A program made the translations under genes and the position numbers. From Chrysemys picta bellii (lineage: Eukaryota): 64,000 nucleotides of DNA. The first letter of the stretch is position 1. Every line of letters begins with the position of its first letter. This document shows positions 24,276-36,589 of the stretch, in pieces. The notes beneath the pieces are model-generated. The model did no database searches. It was not told the origin of the DNA and saw nothing but the letters and a program-made list of their open reading frames with translations. The stretch spans positions 21,204,001-21,268,000 of the forward strand of contig NC_088808.1 of NCBI RefSeq assembly GCF_011386835.1, given 5' to 3'.

Positions 24276-26049
24276 AGCATGAACCTACTTCTTCACGTGC
24301 TGTCAGTATCTTTATAGACAGGATCTCCACAAGATGTCACAGAGTCCAACCCTCTTCCCATCAATGGAAAAACTCTCAGAAGCAGGATGAAGACTTTACC
24401 AATGCAGCAAAAGAGACGCATCATTTGATCTACCCCCTCTGCCCATTGAGTGCAGCTGATGTGTTGTTCAGAGTAAGTTTCCTATTAAAACTCACTTGTG
24501 ACGGACTTTCACCCTGTTGGGGTTTGTATTTTGTCCTTTGGCTGCACTTAATCCCAAAGAGTTTTTCTGATGGAAACTGAGTAAGTGTGGTTAGGTCACA
24601 GGGCTAGGAATGGAGACTCGTGGGTTCTAATCCAAGCACTACCACTACCGCCTTTTATGGATTTGGAGAAGTCATTTATCCTCTCCGAGCCTCTGTTTCC
24701 TAACACCTGTAAAATGGGTTGCACGACATATCTGGAAAGCTGAAGTAAAGTTTATAGTATGCTTTGAAGCCCTCTGATGAAATGCATCGTGCAAGTGCAG
24801 AATATTATCTCCGCATCAAAGACAGAAAAAGAACATTCCTGCTGCCCTAAGTAGGGCTGAGAGAAGATTCTAGAGGAAAGTCACGGTGGGGTTCACTACC
24901 CAATGGTGAACGTTATTAGATACCAGCCGTTTGACTCATTGCTCTAAGAGGTAAGAGATCAGTGCAGATGATGGGCTTTGTGTCACAAGAAGAGTCAAAC
25001 GGCAGTGAATATCTCCAAAACCTCTTAACGGACAAAACTGAACATAAAATTAAATGGCATGGAATTCTCTCTACTCAGCAGCTACAGAACACATGACTTG
25101 GTGCTTCAACCTTCTGTTGATGAGTGTCAGATTTGAATTCCAGCAAATAGATTCCAGAAGCTAAAAGCCATAAAAATCTTGGGGAATTTCCAGACTAGCT
25201 ACATCAGTCTGTTTAGAAGCAGACACTTGCAAAGCAAGTGATCACTGGACTGTATGGTTAGCATCAGAACAGATCAGCCCAAGCTCTGGATAACATGATA
25301 CATTGCAAAATAGGGAGAGTAATTAAAAGGTCAGTAGGAGGTTTGAGGTCACCAGTGTATTCCGATAGGGAAACTCACCCCTTAGGGCTGCTAAATGCGA
25401 GAGGGACATCACATTCTGATTCAGCTGAGCTACACTCATGGATTTCTGAAGCCCTCAACACTGCTTGGGTCCAAGCAGCAGGGAAGGAGCCATTTACTTT
25501 ATGAGTTTTACCTTTTACGGGCAGGAAACAGTGTTGGTCGCCCTGCTCTGAGCCCGTGCTGACCCCAGTGTGCCTGCATATTAAGGGGTGCTGAGTTGCT
25601 GGGGGGTGCCATCTTTCAGATATGGCTTAAAGCAGACATATTCATTTCATCCAGGCTCCACCTCCACACCTTGTGTTAGTGACGTTCCCATGCAGTTCTT
25701 GTCACCAGCAGCTCCTCCATGGGGAGCATTGCCTACTGGTACTTCAGTATCTTCCCCTCACCTCCTCTGTATTGTGTGTTAATTCCATCTGTCCTCCCTC
25801 CCCCCTGCCTCTGCTATCCCTGAGAGAGAACTTTGCTGGTAAAGTTTAAGGAAATTTACCCCGATCAGAGCCATGTTTGGGAGCCAATGCTGAGTAGAGA
25901 GAATGCTCCTGGCCAGCCAGACCACATGTTTTTCCTCTTGACTCTTAGTGGTTTAAATTGAATTAATTACAATGTAAAAAGAATAGTTTAGAGAAGACGA
26001 TTTCTTACAGTAAGAGGGCATTGAAGTGAGGGACTGGCAATAGGAAGGT

Positions 26050-26185
26050 TTCAGAGTAGCAGCCGTGTTAGTCTGTATCCGCAAAAAGAACAGGAGTACT
26101 TGTGGCACCTTAGAGACTAACACATTTATTAGAGCATAAGCTTTCGTGGACTACAGCCCACTTCTTCAGATGCATATAGAATGGA
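26050..26185. mobile_element. Penelope-like element terminal fragment
   Basis: tttcagagtagcagccgtgttagtctgtatccgcaaaaagaacaggagtacttgtggcaccttagagactaac...; near-identical to 59641-59768. Confidence 0.8.
26134..26173 (-). ncRNA. Minimal hammerhead-ribozyme motif (Penelope-type)
   Basis: Minus strand reads GCAU CUGAAGA A GUGGGC-UGUA-GUCCAC GAA AGCU U AUGC: 4-bp stem I, 6-bp stem II, palindromic AGCU stem III. Confidence 0.6.
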
Positions 26186-26335
26186 AATGCTTCTTGCAGC
26201 ACAGGTAGGCCTGGTAGGTTCACAGTAGCCTTTCTTATCAAGTTCCGTGGCAGTTTGGTGCTGTGGACCCACATCCACTAGGCACTTGTGATCGGGGAGT
26301 GTTGCATGGGGCTCTTGCCTAGTGGTCACGGTTCA

Positions 26336-26873
26336 CTATAGCGACCGTCCCACCTAGTGGCAGTAGTCCAAGGCGGCGGCAGTCCTGCCTAGTGGTTGCT
26401 GCCTGGGTGGGAGCAGAGGAAGCAGGTGGAAGTGGGTCCTCCCTACTCCACCGGGTTCAGACCCAGGGCCCTGTGAGGCTGACTCGGCTGCTCACCTGTC
26501 TTCATGTGGTGTTCAGCTTCCCTGGGTCACGTCCCACTCCCGTCCGCCTCCCATCTGACCACCGCCCGACCCTGGGAAACATTGCCTTCAGGCTTCTGGT
26601 CCGTGTCTCGTCCATTAGGTGCTGTGGCTTCCTTCACTCACCGGCTCGATACTGGCTCTGCTCCAGTCCCACGTGAGAGTTCCCAGGGCACATCCTGCTC
26701 CCTGGCTTGTCAGCCCCAGACTGAGCTGCCTGGCTGGCTTTTAAATCTCTCCTCCAGTCTGAGCCTGCGCGGCAAGGGCACGGGGCCCCTTTAGCCCTAA
26801 GTGTTACTTAACCCTGTGATCGGGGGGTGCTGCAATTCCTGCCTAGTAAGGGGTTCAGACACCCAATTGACAG
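26336..26873 (-). mobile_element. Probable solo LTR (Gypsy-like)
   Basis: Minus strand starts TGTCA and ends GCTATA, with an internal tttaaaag TATA-like box and gggccctgggtctgaacccggtggagtaggg typical of turtle LTRs. No clear TSD. Confidence 0.5.
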
Positions 26874-28419
26874 CGAGCCCCCAAATTCATTAGGCCTTGT
26901 AAGCCTAACCAGACCCAAAGGCAGCTCTGCAGAGACCAACGATGAATATGGTAAACCACAAAGCCACCTGAGCCCTAGGTGTTACCCCTGTAATCGGGCC
27001 AACAGAGAGTCACGTTTGGCCAACTCAGAATCATGCAGCTCACTTGCGTAAAGCAGTAAGGGGAGATTTGTCCCTTTCCCCATTAAAGGAGTCAGATTGT
27101 TTAATCATCCATTTACTGCAAATGCACCTGCACCCTCCCTGGTGTAGCACCAGCTCATGAACCAGAAAGTACCGGTAAGCTGGCCTAAGGTCTACACAGG
27201 GGTATCCAAGACCAAAGGACCAGCAATAGGAATCAAATATGCAGGAACTCTCAGTGCCAGATGGTGACCTGAATGGGCCATAATCCTTGATGGCCTGTAT
27301 TCAAATCTAATGAGGGAAACCTATCTCCTGAAGTGCTTCTGCTCAGCTATAAAGGAGTCTGTTAAAGATACATTAAAGCCCTTGCCAAGCATGTATTTAG
27401 CTATTGGCATTACTAAATTTTGGGTTGTTTGACACGTTCCCACAGCCCATTTGCAAGAGCTGATGGTATGGGAGTATTATTGCCGTTACCGAACTCACCA
27501 CCAGCGACAGTCAAAACATGTTGAAAGGATCAGAGACCGAATGCCAGAAAGCATCACTAATGGTGGGGGCGGGGGGGCAATTGTAGCAGGGAATCGAGAA
27601 CCATGTGGAGGGGCAGGAGATCCTAAACTTACCCAGATCCTCAAGAAACCCTTCCATGAGCTTGTGCAAGTTCATCGCAACTCCACTGAAGTCTCTTGGA
27701 CAAATTCAATCCAGATTCATGCAGTAGGTAAGAGACTTCCCCAGATCCCAGGCATGGCAGTATCCACCCATATAATCGGCAAGGAGGGCAAGTCAGGAGC
27801 CTGCCCTATGCAGCTGAAGGTGGGAAAACAATGACTATTTTTCCTCTGCCCCACAGTACCCTACTCGCTACCTGAATGCTCTACCCAGAATTGGGCAAGA
27901 TATATAATGCTTATTAATATTAAATAAGGCTACTAAGCCCTTAGGTTGTGCTTTGCATGTTGAATCCATAGATCTTGAGAAACAGACACAGGAGTGTGAT
28001 CAGTTTCGGGCTAGGAGCCAGCAACCCTGGGGTTCTAAGCCCACCTGTGACACTGACTGCTGCAGACTCAGACAAGTCCCTTGAGGATCCAGCTCCCTCA
28101 CCTGAAGCTTTGTGGCTCAGGAGGGACAATAGGCATAACTCCCTCCCCACCTTATTTTTTTTTAAATTGCTGAAGTCAGCAGGTCTGACCCAATGTTCCC
28201 AGGAAACGGAGCAGAGGAGCAAGAGGGGGGCATGGTTACACTCACTTTACTGAGTATAACTGGACCTCTGTGCCTTGGTTTCCCAATCTGTAAACGGGGA
28301 CAGCAATACAGACGCATTCACCTGACAGAGATTTCCTGGGGATTAACTAGTTAATATTTGGACAGTGCTTTGAAGACCGAAAGTGCTTGGGAAATACTCA
28401 GAATTGTGAAGCTTTAGCC

Positions 28420-28596
28420 CAGGGGTTCTCAAACTGGGGGTCGCGAGCTGTCAACCTCCACCCCAAACCCCGCTTTGCCTCCAGCATTTATAATGGTGTT
28501 AAATATATGAAAAAGGGTTTTTAATGTATAAGGGGGGTTGCACTCAGAGGCTTGCTGTGTGAAAGGGGTCACCAGGACACAAGTTTGAGAACCTTT
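28420..28596. mobile_element. hAT MITE
   Basis: Ends caggggttctcaaact ... agtttgagaacc. Confidence 0.7.
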
Positions 28597-29739
28597 TCCT
28601 TGTTTCCTTCCTCCCCAGTTCATTTTCTTACATTTACAAGCACTAGAAAGACATCCCCTAATTTAAAATACTTTCAATTTTTCACTCCTCTCCTCCCCTG
28701 CAAACCTCGCCTCACCCCGCTCCTAGATTGAATACATAATAGGCCTAATTAAATAGCAATTAACAATGGGGGAACCATGAAGGAATCATTCACTAGAGTA
28801 CTTTTGGGGAGATCAATCAAGCAATCAGCACAGCTTGTTACAACATACAAACACATTTCACAAGACGTAGGTATTTTCAGACCGTTAACACTGGGCATGT
28901 CATTCTAGCCCCACCTCCATTTGCTTGTGCTCGTCATAACCGTAAACAACAGGGGCTCTGCTGTCAATGCCACAGGACTCCGTGCAGCTGTTGGAAAGTA
29001 CAAATCATCAAGGCTTCTGAGCACACCCAAAAAAAACCAGAGCACCTGTGGGAAAAGATCTCTTCCACATTCCAAGAGGCCCAGACATTCTCTCCAAGCC
29101 ATTCCATCCATGGGACCAAATCAGGAGGGATGGTGTTGAGCCATCAGAGAGGCTCTGCTAGCAACAGTGGGAATCAAGGGCATTTGTTGTCCTGCGCAAC
29201 TGGATATTCCCCCACCATTAGCATAAAGGAAGCAAAGGTCTTGCCCAGCCTTCCTTGCAGGCTTTCCAGGGTGCTACTGTTGGATTTGGCTAATAGGCCA
29301 AACTTGAAGCCTATGCAAGGATGCATTGAAGTGATCAGAGTACCGGTCACTGGGTCCCAGTGAACTGTACAGTCAAGTCAAATCAAAGCCAACAAGGGAC
29401 GGCGGGGAAAACCCGTCCGTGTATCAATTCTCTCTAACCACTAATGGCCCATCATAAATAGGGCACCAGCAAGAAGAGAAGTACTGTAGGCTGGAGCCTG
29501 TCTCCGCTTTTGCCATCGTCAGTTTTCCCCTCCATTTCAGAGATGGTTGCAAAACAGACAAACCATTTAAAAAAATACCCCCAAAAGGGTGAGGGGGGGG
29601 AAACCTGATCTTTGCTAAAAGCTTTGGATACAATCCCAATGGCGCTTAACCTGGGACGATGTAAGACAGGGATCTCTGTGTAGAGAGGCAGCCTGCTACA
29701 GCTACACTTCAGTTTGTCACTACAGATTTATCTAGAGAC

Positions 29740-29950
29740 ATGATCTAGTGGGACTGAGCACAGGACTAGACTCCAGGAATTACCAAATGCTAATCCTGGC
29801 TCTGACACCAATTTACCGGGCAGACTTAGGCAAGTCACCCTCACTGTCAGTTTCCCCATCTATACAACAAGGGATGCTCTTGACCTACCTCCCAGGGGGA
29901 CTTGGTGATGGTAAATATTTGCAAAGCGCTGTGAACCGTAGAAGCCAGGG
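29740..29950 (+). mobile_element. CORE/MIR-like SINE
   Basis: ctagtgggactgagcacaggact ... gacttaggcaagtcac ... cagtttccccatct ... ttgcaaagcgctgtga. Confidence 0.65.
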
Positions 29951-30796
29951 AGATCCCCCAAATGCAGTACCAAAATCCACCTCAGCATAGGCAGAAATAT
30001 CTGATCTGCACTGGAATGTCCTCCACAATGTAGTTCCTAGGACAGTGGCTTTCAAACTTCTTAGGTTGCGTACCTCTTCCAAACCACGTAGTCTACCCTG
30101 TACTTGCATGTAAGCTAGAGTCATAATATACCTAAGAAAATGGGGGGGGGGGGGCAGAAGCGTCTGTAAAGGAGAAGACAACGCGTTGTCCACCATTACA
30201 GGATTTTTCTTGCGTACCCTCTGACGAGAGCTCGCATACCCCAGCTGACCCTCTTCCAAGCCCAGGACAAGAGGTTTGCCACAGTAACAGGACTTGTGAT
30301 GATTATAAATTTAAAGAAACCCCCCTCTAGTACAAGACACCAAACCCTAGGGAGGTGGGAGTAGAAGCCACTTTTGTTCTAAGTCTAGTGGCCTTCTGAT
30401 TGGCACTAGATTCCTAGATGGATGATGACCCTTCTCCATGCACTAGGGTAACAACGTGCTTCCTGACGCCTGAAAAAAGGCTGTGTGGTGTCTTCGGGTT
30501 TGTTTGGCTTTTGACCAATTTGTGGAGCTGAATGCTCACAAACAACCCTACGCTAACAGAGCAGTGCACACAGTCCGGAGCTCATAAGCAACCCAACAGC
30601 AAAGCAGGATGTACAATACGCTGGCTAGGAGACGCTGTATTTTTAAAAGGAGACATGTCAGTCTGGAGGGATTTTAGTGTCATTTAATTAATGAAAAATT
30701 CCCAGCTTGTGCCTCCTACATGCCACCATTCAGGTTCCTCTTTGCCCAGATCTTTGGCTGTTGGCTGCTTCTTGCCTGCACTTCTGCCCTCTGCTC

Positions 30797-31201
30797 CAGG
30801 GGTGGCCAGCCTGGGGCTCCGGAGCCACATGCGGCTCTTCAGAGGTTAATATGCGGCTCCTTGACAGGCGCCAACTTTCCAGTGTGCCGGGGGGGGCTCA
30901 CTGCTCAGCCCCTGGCTCTGCCACAGGCCATGCCCCCACTCCACCCCTTCCCACCTCTCCCCTGAGCCCACCATGCCCTCGCTCCTCCCCCTCCCCCCCA
31001 GAGCCTCCTGCACGCCACAAAACAGCTGATCGGGAGGTGCGGGGAGGGAGGGAGGGAGGGAGAGGCGCTGATCGGCAGGGCTGAGGGTGGGCAGGAGGCA
31101 CTGGGATCGGCAGCGGGGGGAGCTGATGGGGGGCTGCTGACTTATTACTGTGTACATTGATACATTCTGGCTACTTCTCAGGCTCAGGTTGGCCACCCCT
31201 A
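30797..31201. mobile_element. hAT MITE (family A, copy 2)
   Basis: TIR caggggtggcca / ggttggccaccccta; TSD ctctgctc / ctctactc; homologous to 20572-21001 and in the same orientation. Confidence 0.85.
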
Positions 31202-32654
31202 CTCTACTCCACTTCCCTAGTATCTTTCAGGGGCCTGGCTGCTGGGAACCTGGAAGTCCTTTTCCACTTTTACATTGCCCTGCACGTCCCAGGTGGATCA
31301 CGTGGTGGTGATGGCTTCCTTTCACCACTTCAGGAACGTTGCCAGACTCAACTATCACCCCTGCGGATGCTGTCAGTGCTTGCCCTGACTCTAATTCCCT
31401 GTTGTTGTGCATCTCAGTAAACTTCAGCAGTGCCTGTATGCCATGCTGAGATTAATAAAGCAAAGGCTCTGTTACACTCATTCTTCAGACACTCAGGAAT
31501 CACTGAAGCCATCAATGAAATGCAGCCTCTTCTGGGGTGGGACACAGCAGTTGTTTAACAGGACACAGCAACATTACATGACTATTTAGGACAAAAAGCA
31601 AAAAGAATCCTATCAAATTGGAACTCCAGAGTGAATTTTAGTTTGGCAGAATGTAACAACTGCTCTGGCATTTAGCCGGTACACAACCTTAACATCCCAG
31701 CTCTTACAAAGAGATCACTGGACCTTTAAGGGCTACAAGTTACAAGAACTTTGATTTTGCCTCTTAAAAGATCCTGAACATAGGGTCAAGGGTCAGCTTG
31801 CATACATTCACTTGGCGAGCATACAAGTCATACTTCAGCCAAACACAAGTTATTGGGCTCAATACAAGGGTAAGTGGATGAAATTTCATGGCCTGTGCTC
31901 TACAGGGAGGCCAGACTGGCTGATCTAATGGTCCTTTCTCACAGGGTCCTAGAGCCCAGACTCCAGTCCGAGCCCGAATATCTACACTGCAATTAAACAG
32001 CCCCTTAGCCCATAAGCTGGAGTCAGCTGCCAGGGGCCAGCTGCATGTTTTTAATTGCAGTTGCAGACATATCCTCAGGGTCCTTTACAGCTCCCTCCGC
32101 AGCAATCCCAGCCATGCTGACTTGACTAGGATCCTTATAGTCTCATCTTCCCATGAGCCAAACCCTGGGTTCCACAGCCTGACGCGCTCTCACATTCTCT
32201 GACCCAGGTAAGAGACTTTCCTTTATCTCCAGCCTTAGATGTTATTCCAGCCTCACATCTCTCTGGGGGGCTTACCTTTGCTTTCCACTGAGACAGCCTT
32301 TCTGCTCTGCATTATGAAACACTGCCCTCTGCTGGTCATGTCTCAAATCACCTCACAGTTCTTTTTCTGTGTTTTCATAGCCATGGGAAGAGCGTATTCT
32401 GAGATACCAATGCATTGGCACCTGAATTGCAAGGAGAGCAGTAAGTAATGTACTTCGGTGGTGCTCACAAAGGCAATTATCTTTAGGTTCCAGAAACTGG
32501 AGGAGATTATGAGGGAGAAATGCTAGTTCTTGCACAGTTAATGTTGCAGGAAATTTTCCATTCTATGCCCAATTTTGACTGCCCCCCTCCCCTTTATCAA
32601 AAATCAAATAAAAATCCACCCCAAATTTCAGACATTATTTTCTGCATGTGTAGG

Positions 32655-32850
32655 AGTGCCATTGGGCAGCTGGAGGAACACACAGAAGCGGCCGATCAAA
32701 AGTATCCCTCCATCGAACAGTACTCAAAGCAAAGGTAAAAATTATGGGAACTTAACACAGAGGACATGCCAAGAGTGGACCAGGATAGACAAGAGTGCTG
32801 GTGCCTAGTTCACGCTTTAAGCAACATCGATTACCATGGGAAGGACTCAA
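32655..32850 (+). mobile_element. RTE-clade LINE 3' fragment
   Basis: Degenerate ORF end ...NTEDMPRVDQDRQECWCLVHALS..., resembling the RTE C-terminal AQDRxxWRxLV motif. Confidence 0.5.
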
Positions 32851-34386
32851 GTTTCTGGAAGGTTTGAAGCAAACTAGACGGTTGGAGAGTTAAGAGCAGC
32901 CAAGATTTAAAATAAAAAAAAAAAGATGGTTCACTTTCTTTGGGTTTCTCCCCTCTCAGGAGCAGCTTGAGCTAGAAAATCCCATTTCATTTTGTTCACA
33001 TGGCATTACCGAGAAATGGTACCTTTGAGTATGGTTGGGGAGTTAATTATTTAAAGTCAAATTCCTCCCACTGATGCAGCTCCCATTGTCTTCATTAGGA
33101 ACTGCATCCATGCATGCAGGTGTAGAATTGGCTTATAGTTAGGAACGGTACCTGCTGGCCTTTAGAGGGTGTATGAAGCCTGCACTAGCCAGCTTATATC
33201 CATGCTGCACATTCCCAAGCTGTAGGGCTGAGAAAAAGAGAGATGTTGCTGAGGAAATCATGGCACCCTCCGTTGGACTATGACCAGGATACAAGGTTGA
33301 ATATTGTTACCCTTCCGAAAAGCATCATACAATGAGCACAAACTGCCAAGGTTTCATTTCTATGTCTTATCAAACAACAGCACCTGCAGCAGAGCCCCCT
33401 GAACGCCACTCTGGGACATCGGCTCAGTATTATTCAGCATTTGTCACCAGCTCCACTGCGTGTTAGAGGTGCCGTCCAAGCACTGACCCAGCCCAGCCTG
33501 TGATGTAAGACAGGATCACAGCACCAGGTGGTAGGACAAGAACAGAAGCGACAGCTACACGTAGACATTTATGTCAAAGGCTCAGGAATGACAGACATTG
33601 AGAACTTCTTCACCAAGTAAGAAAAGATAACTACACCATTAAGCTGTGCTCGCATTGTCTTAAACTAGGAAATGTGAAGATGGTCCCTTTCTTTCACAGG
33701 TTTTGCTCTGCAGCAACAACTACACAGAGTAAAGCTTAGAAAGCAGGTGAGCAAATCTTATCGACCACATCAGCCTGTTTACAGAATCTAGCACCAACAT
33801 AAAAGGATTTTCACAATGCAGATCCACACTAGCTCTGTGTGAACAGAGGCACGGGCCTTTCATGAACTCGTCCTCCACAGACCCAGTATTGATTACAGCA
33901 ATTGCAGAATAAAGTAATGTACAAGTGACTCCCCCTAAACATAAAACCCACACAAGTTGGGCATGTATAACACAACTTTATTGTATTAGTACTAGTGTAG
34001 CCTAACACTGTGAAGCAGATCAATGTCAATGTTGCTTTATTCTTTTAGGAAGGGTGTCTCTTTTAGAGGGCAAATATATTTCTATTCCGGTCTCCCCTCC
34101 CTCTGTGTATCAGAAATTAATAAAGGGACTGGCTAGAATTCTAATTACTTTGGGTTTTATGCAGCTGCAACATACGGATTGTCCCGGATTGTATTTCCTT
34201 TCACAGTCAGAGGAAGTAAAAGGTACAGTGGATCTGGTTACTAGCAGGTAACCTTAGCTTGACAAACCTACATACAACCCTGCCTCTTCAGTTTCAGACG
34301 TGGAAATATTGCTTATAAATGTAAAAAAATAATTTCATCTAAAAAGGCTCCAGTGATCCTGACAGCACATAGAATTTACTGGTACC

Positions 34387-34392
34387 ATGCAG
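34387..34392 (+). CDS. B3GALT9: B3GALT9 first coding exon (ATG CAG)
   Basis: ggtaccATGCAG|gtaagt; phase 0 joins the acceptor tctcttctccag|GTG at 35483 to give MQVMFCRLRTHQW, matching the recalled human start MQVTFCRLRTHQW. Confidence 0.8.
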
Positions 34393-34912
34393 GTAAGTGC
34401 TTTCTATCATTTAGCTATGGTATAGAGTGGGGGAGGAGACCATTTAGAATTGCAAATGTTACCTTGGGTCATCAGCTACAATAGGACTGCGCTGACTCCA
34501 TCCCACTTACTAATGAATATGCCTATAGTAAAGTAACTGGAAAGTCGGTTTAGTTATTTATGCTAGAAACCATGACTACAAAAAAGCATGGAAAAAAGAA
34601 GTCCATATCTACTAAATACAGCTTGTACAATTGTGTTAAACTAAGAGGTGGAAGTCTAAAATGATAAATGATTTTCCTAAGGTAAATAGCAGCCCGATCC
34701 CTTGGAATATTTAAAATGAGACCAGGCAAAACATTAACAGATATACAACAGGACACAGTCCTAATTAGTAGGGAGATCATCTAGATGAAATGATCAATTT
34801 CTTCCAACTCTAATTTCTGGCATTCTGAATGAGAATGAGTCTCTATAATTAACAAGTCACAGAGACTTTCCTCTTTAGTTCACAATAATTCTTCAAGTTA
34901 TGGGCATTTAAT

Positions 34913-35057
34913 ATAGAATATCAGGGTTCTAACCCACTGCTCAAAGCAGGACCAACCCCCAGACAGATTTTTACCCCAGTTCCTTAAATAGCCCCCTTAA
35001 GGATTGAACTCAACCCTGGGTTTAGCAGGCCAATGCTCAAACCACTGAGCTATCCCT
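34913..35057 (-). mobile_element. Turtle tRNA-derived Pol III/SINE with CR1-derived tail
   Basis: Minus strand gggatagctcagtggtttgagcattggcctgctaaacccagggttgagttcaatcc (A/B boxes), then the CR1-like 3' end aaccctgatattctat. Confidence 0.85.
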
Positions 35058-35482
35058 AAATGTCACAAAGATTCTGCTGCATAAAGCTTTTAAAATTATC
35101 CAATTTATGCTGGAGCACATTGTGTAATCTCTTGGTCATTAGGAAAACTGACACCAATAAATTAGACCAAATTCAGAAAATATTAACATGTTAATGTATG
35201 TTGCTACCATTTCCATATGCTGAACAGAGTAGGCCTGACAGACAAATGGGCTTATCACACTTTTCATCCATGGATCTTTTAGCCCTTCACAAAATATGGG
35301 CATCATTCTCTATTTCACAAATGGGGAAAGTAAAGACCAGAGAGGAAACGTAATTTGTCCAGAATAGCAGAGCAGAGCAGAGAAACAGAACCAGGATGTC
35401 CTGGTTCCACATCAGCCCGGTATCATCTGAAATGACTACCTCTAATTATAAAGGCAGAAGTGAACGTCTATCTCTTCTCCAG

Positions 35483-36589
35483 GTGATGTTCTGCAGGCTT
35501 CGGACACATCAGTGGTGTTTTATTATATTCAACATCATGCTTTTCCATGCTTTGCTGTTTGGAGGAGATTTGCTGGAGGAATACTTTCTACATTCGCTAC
35601 CGGTCACCTACACTGACATGAAAATTCTCAAAATCAGGGAGAAGGCCAGGAAATTAGACATGGATCCCCTAAAGACCAATATGTCCAAATCTTACATCAT
35701 CAGCAGTTCAGAGGTGTGCTCAGATCAAGAGGTATTTCTGCTTGTTATTGTGTGCAGCAGCCCAGAAAACAGCACAAGGCGCAACCTGATCAGACGAACA
35801 TGGGGTAATGTGACAGGCATCAGGGGGTACGCTGTGCTTGTTTTGTTTGCTTTAGGAAAGACAGCTTCAGAAGCCATCCAGTTAGACATCAGTGAAGAGT
35901 CTCAAAAGCATGGAGACATCATTGAAGGAAACTTCCTTGATTCTTTTGAGAATCAGACACTGAAGACTGTGATGAGCATGGAGTGGACAGTAACATTCTG
36001 TTCCACCGCAAGGTTTATTCTCAAAACCAATGAAGAAATGTTTGTCAACATTCCGAGTTTGGCTGAATACTTGCTTAGCTTAAGAACACATCTCGAGGAT
36101 ATTTATATTGGAAAGGTCATTCATCACGATATGCCTGACAGAGACCCTCAAAGCCAGAGCTTTGTTTCTCTCAGTCAATACCAAGAAGAGTATTACCCAG
36201 ATTACTGTAGTGGAACGGCTTTTGTCATTTCCCAGGATGTTGCTCGGAAGATATACATTGTTGCCAAGGAAACACCAGTTTTGGTTCCTCCCGATGTCTT
36301 TGTTGGAATCTGTGCTAAGAACGCTGGCATCATACCCATTCAAAGTTCTAGATTTTCTGGGAAAAAGCACATTAGATACAATCGATGTTGCTACAAATTC
36401 ATTTTCACCTCTTCCGAAATGAAAGATGAGCTATTTAAAGAATGGAGGGAGATAAGTGATGGAAAAGACTGCACTTTACTGGAAACTTATTATGGGCTGG
36501 TGTCCTGCAGAGTCTTGACCTACTTTGACAAGTTTAAACATTTTAACATGGAAACAATAAAAAATGAGGCTTTGCATTTTACCAACTAA
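35483..36589 (+). CDS. B3GALT9: Beta-1,3-galactosyltransferase 9, main exon (about 370 aa with MQ)
   Basis: Type II TM segment, GT31 motifs (RRNLIRRTWG, YPDYCSGTAF), C-terminus YNRCCYKFIFTSS; adjacent to PSMD5 as in human. Confidence 0.95.
   Translation: MMFCRLRTHQWCFIIFNIMLFHALLFGGDLLEEYFLHSLPVTYTDMKILKIREKARKLDMDPLKTNMSKSYIISSSEVCSDQEVFLLVIVCSSPENSTRRNLIRRTWGNVTGIRGYAVLVLFALGKTASEAIQLDISEESQKHGDIIEGNFLDSFENQTLKTVMSMEWTVTFCSTARFILKTNEEMFVNIPSLAEYLLSLRTHLEDIYIGKVIHHDMPDRDPQSQSFVSLSQYQEEYYPDYCSGTAFVISQDVARKIYIVAKETPVLVPPDVFVGICAKNAGIIPIQSSRFSGKKHIRYNRCCYKFIFTSSEMKDELFKEWREISDGKDCTLLETYYGLVSCRVLTYFDKFKHFNMETIKNEALHFTN

Noticed and set aside
25379-25480. Minus-strand QAVLRASEIHECSSAESECDVPLAF, vaguely like a BTB start (LCDVVL)
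   Set aside because: The frame stops immediately afterwards, there is no AHR/LSACS continuation, and the donor phase is incompatible with downstream exons.
34990-35057. tRNA-like cloverleaf start with A/B boxes
   Set aside because: It is the head of the Pol III/SINE fused to a CR1 tail, not a tRNA gene.
35396-35482. ORF-track ATG giving a 397-aa B3GALT9
   Set aside because: It lies upstream of a strong acceptor (tctcttctccag) in intronic, SINE-like sequence; the ATG CAG mini-exon reproduces the recalled human N-terminus.
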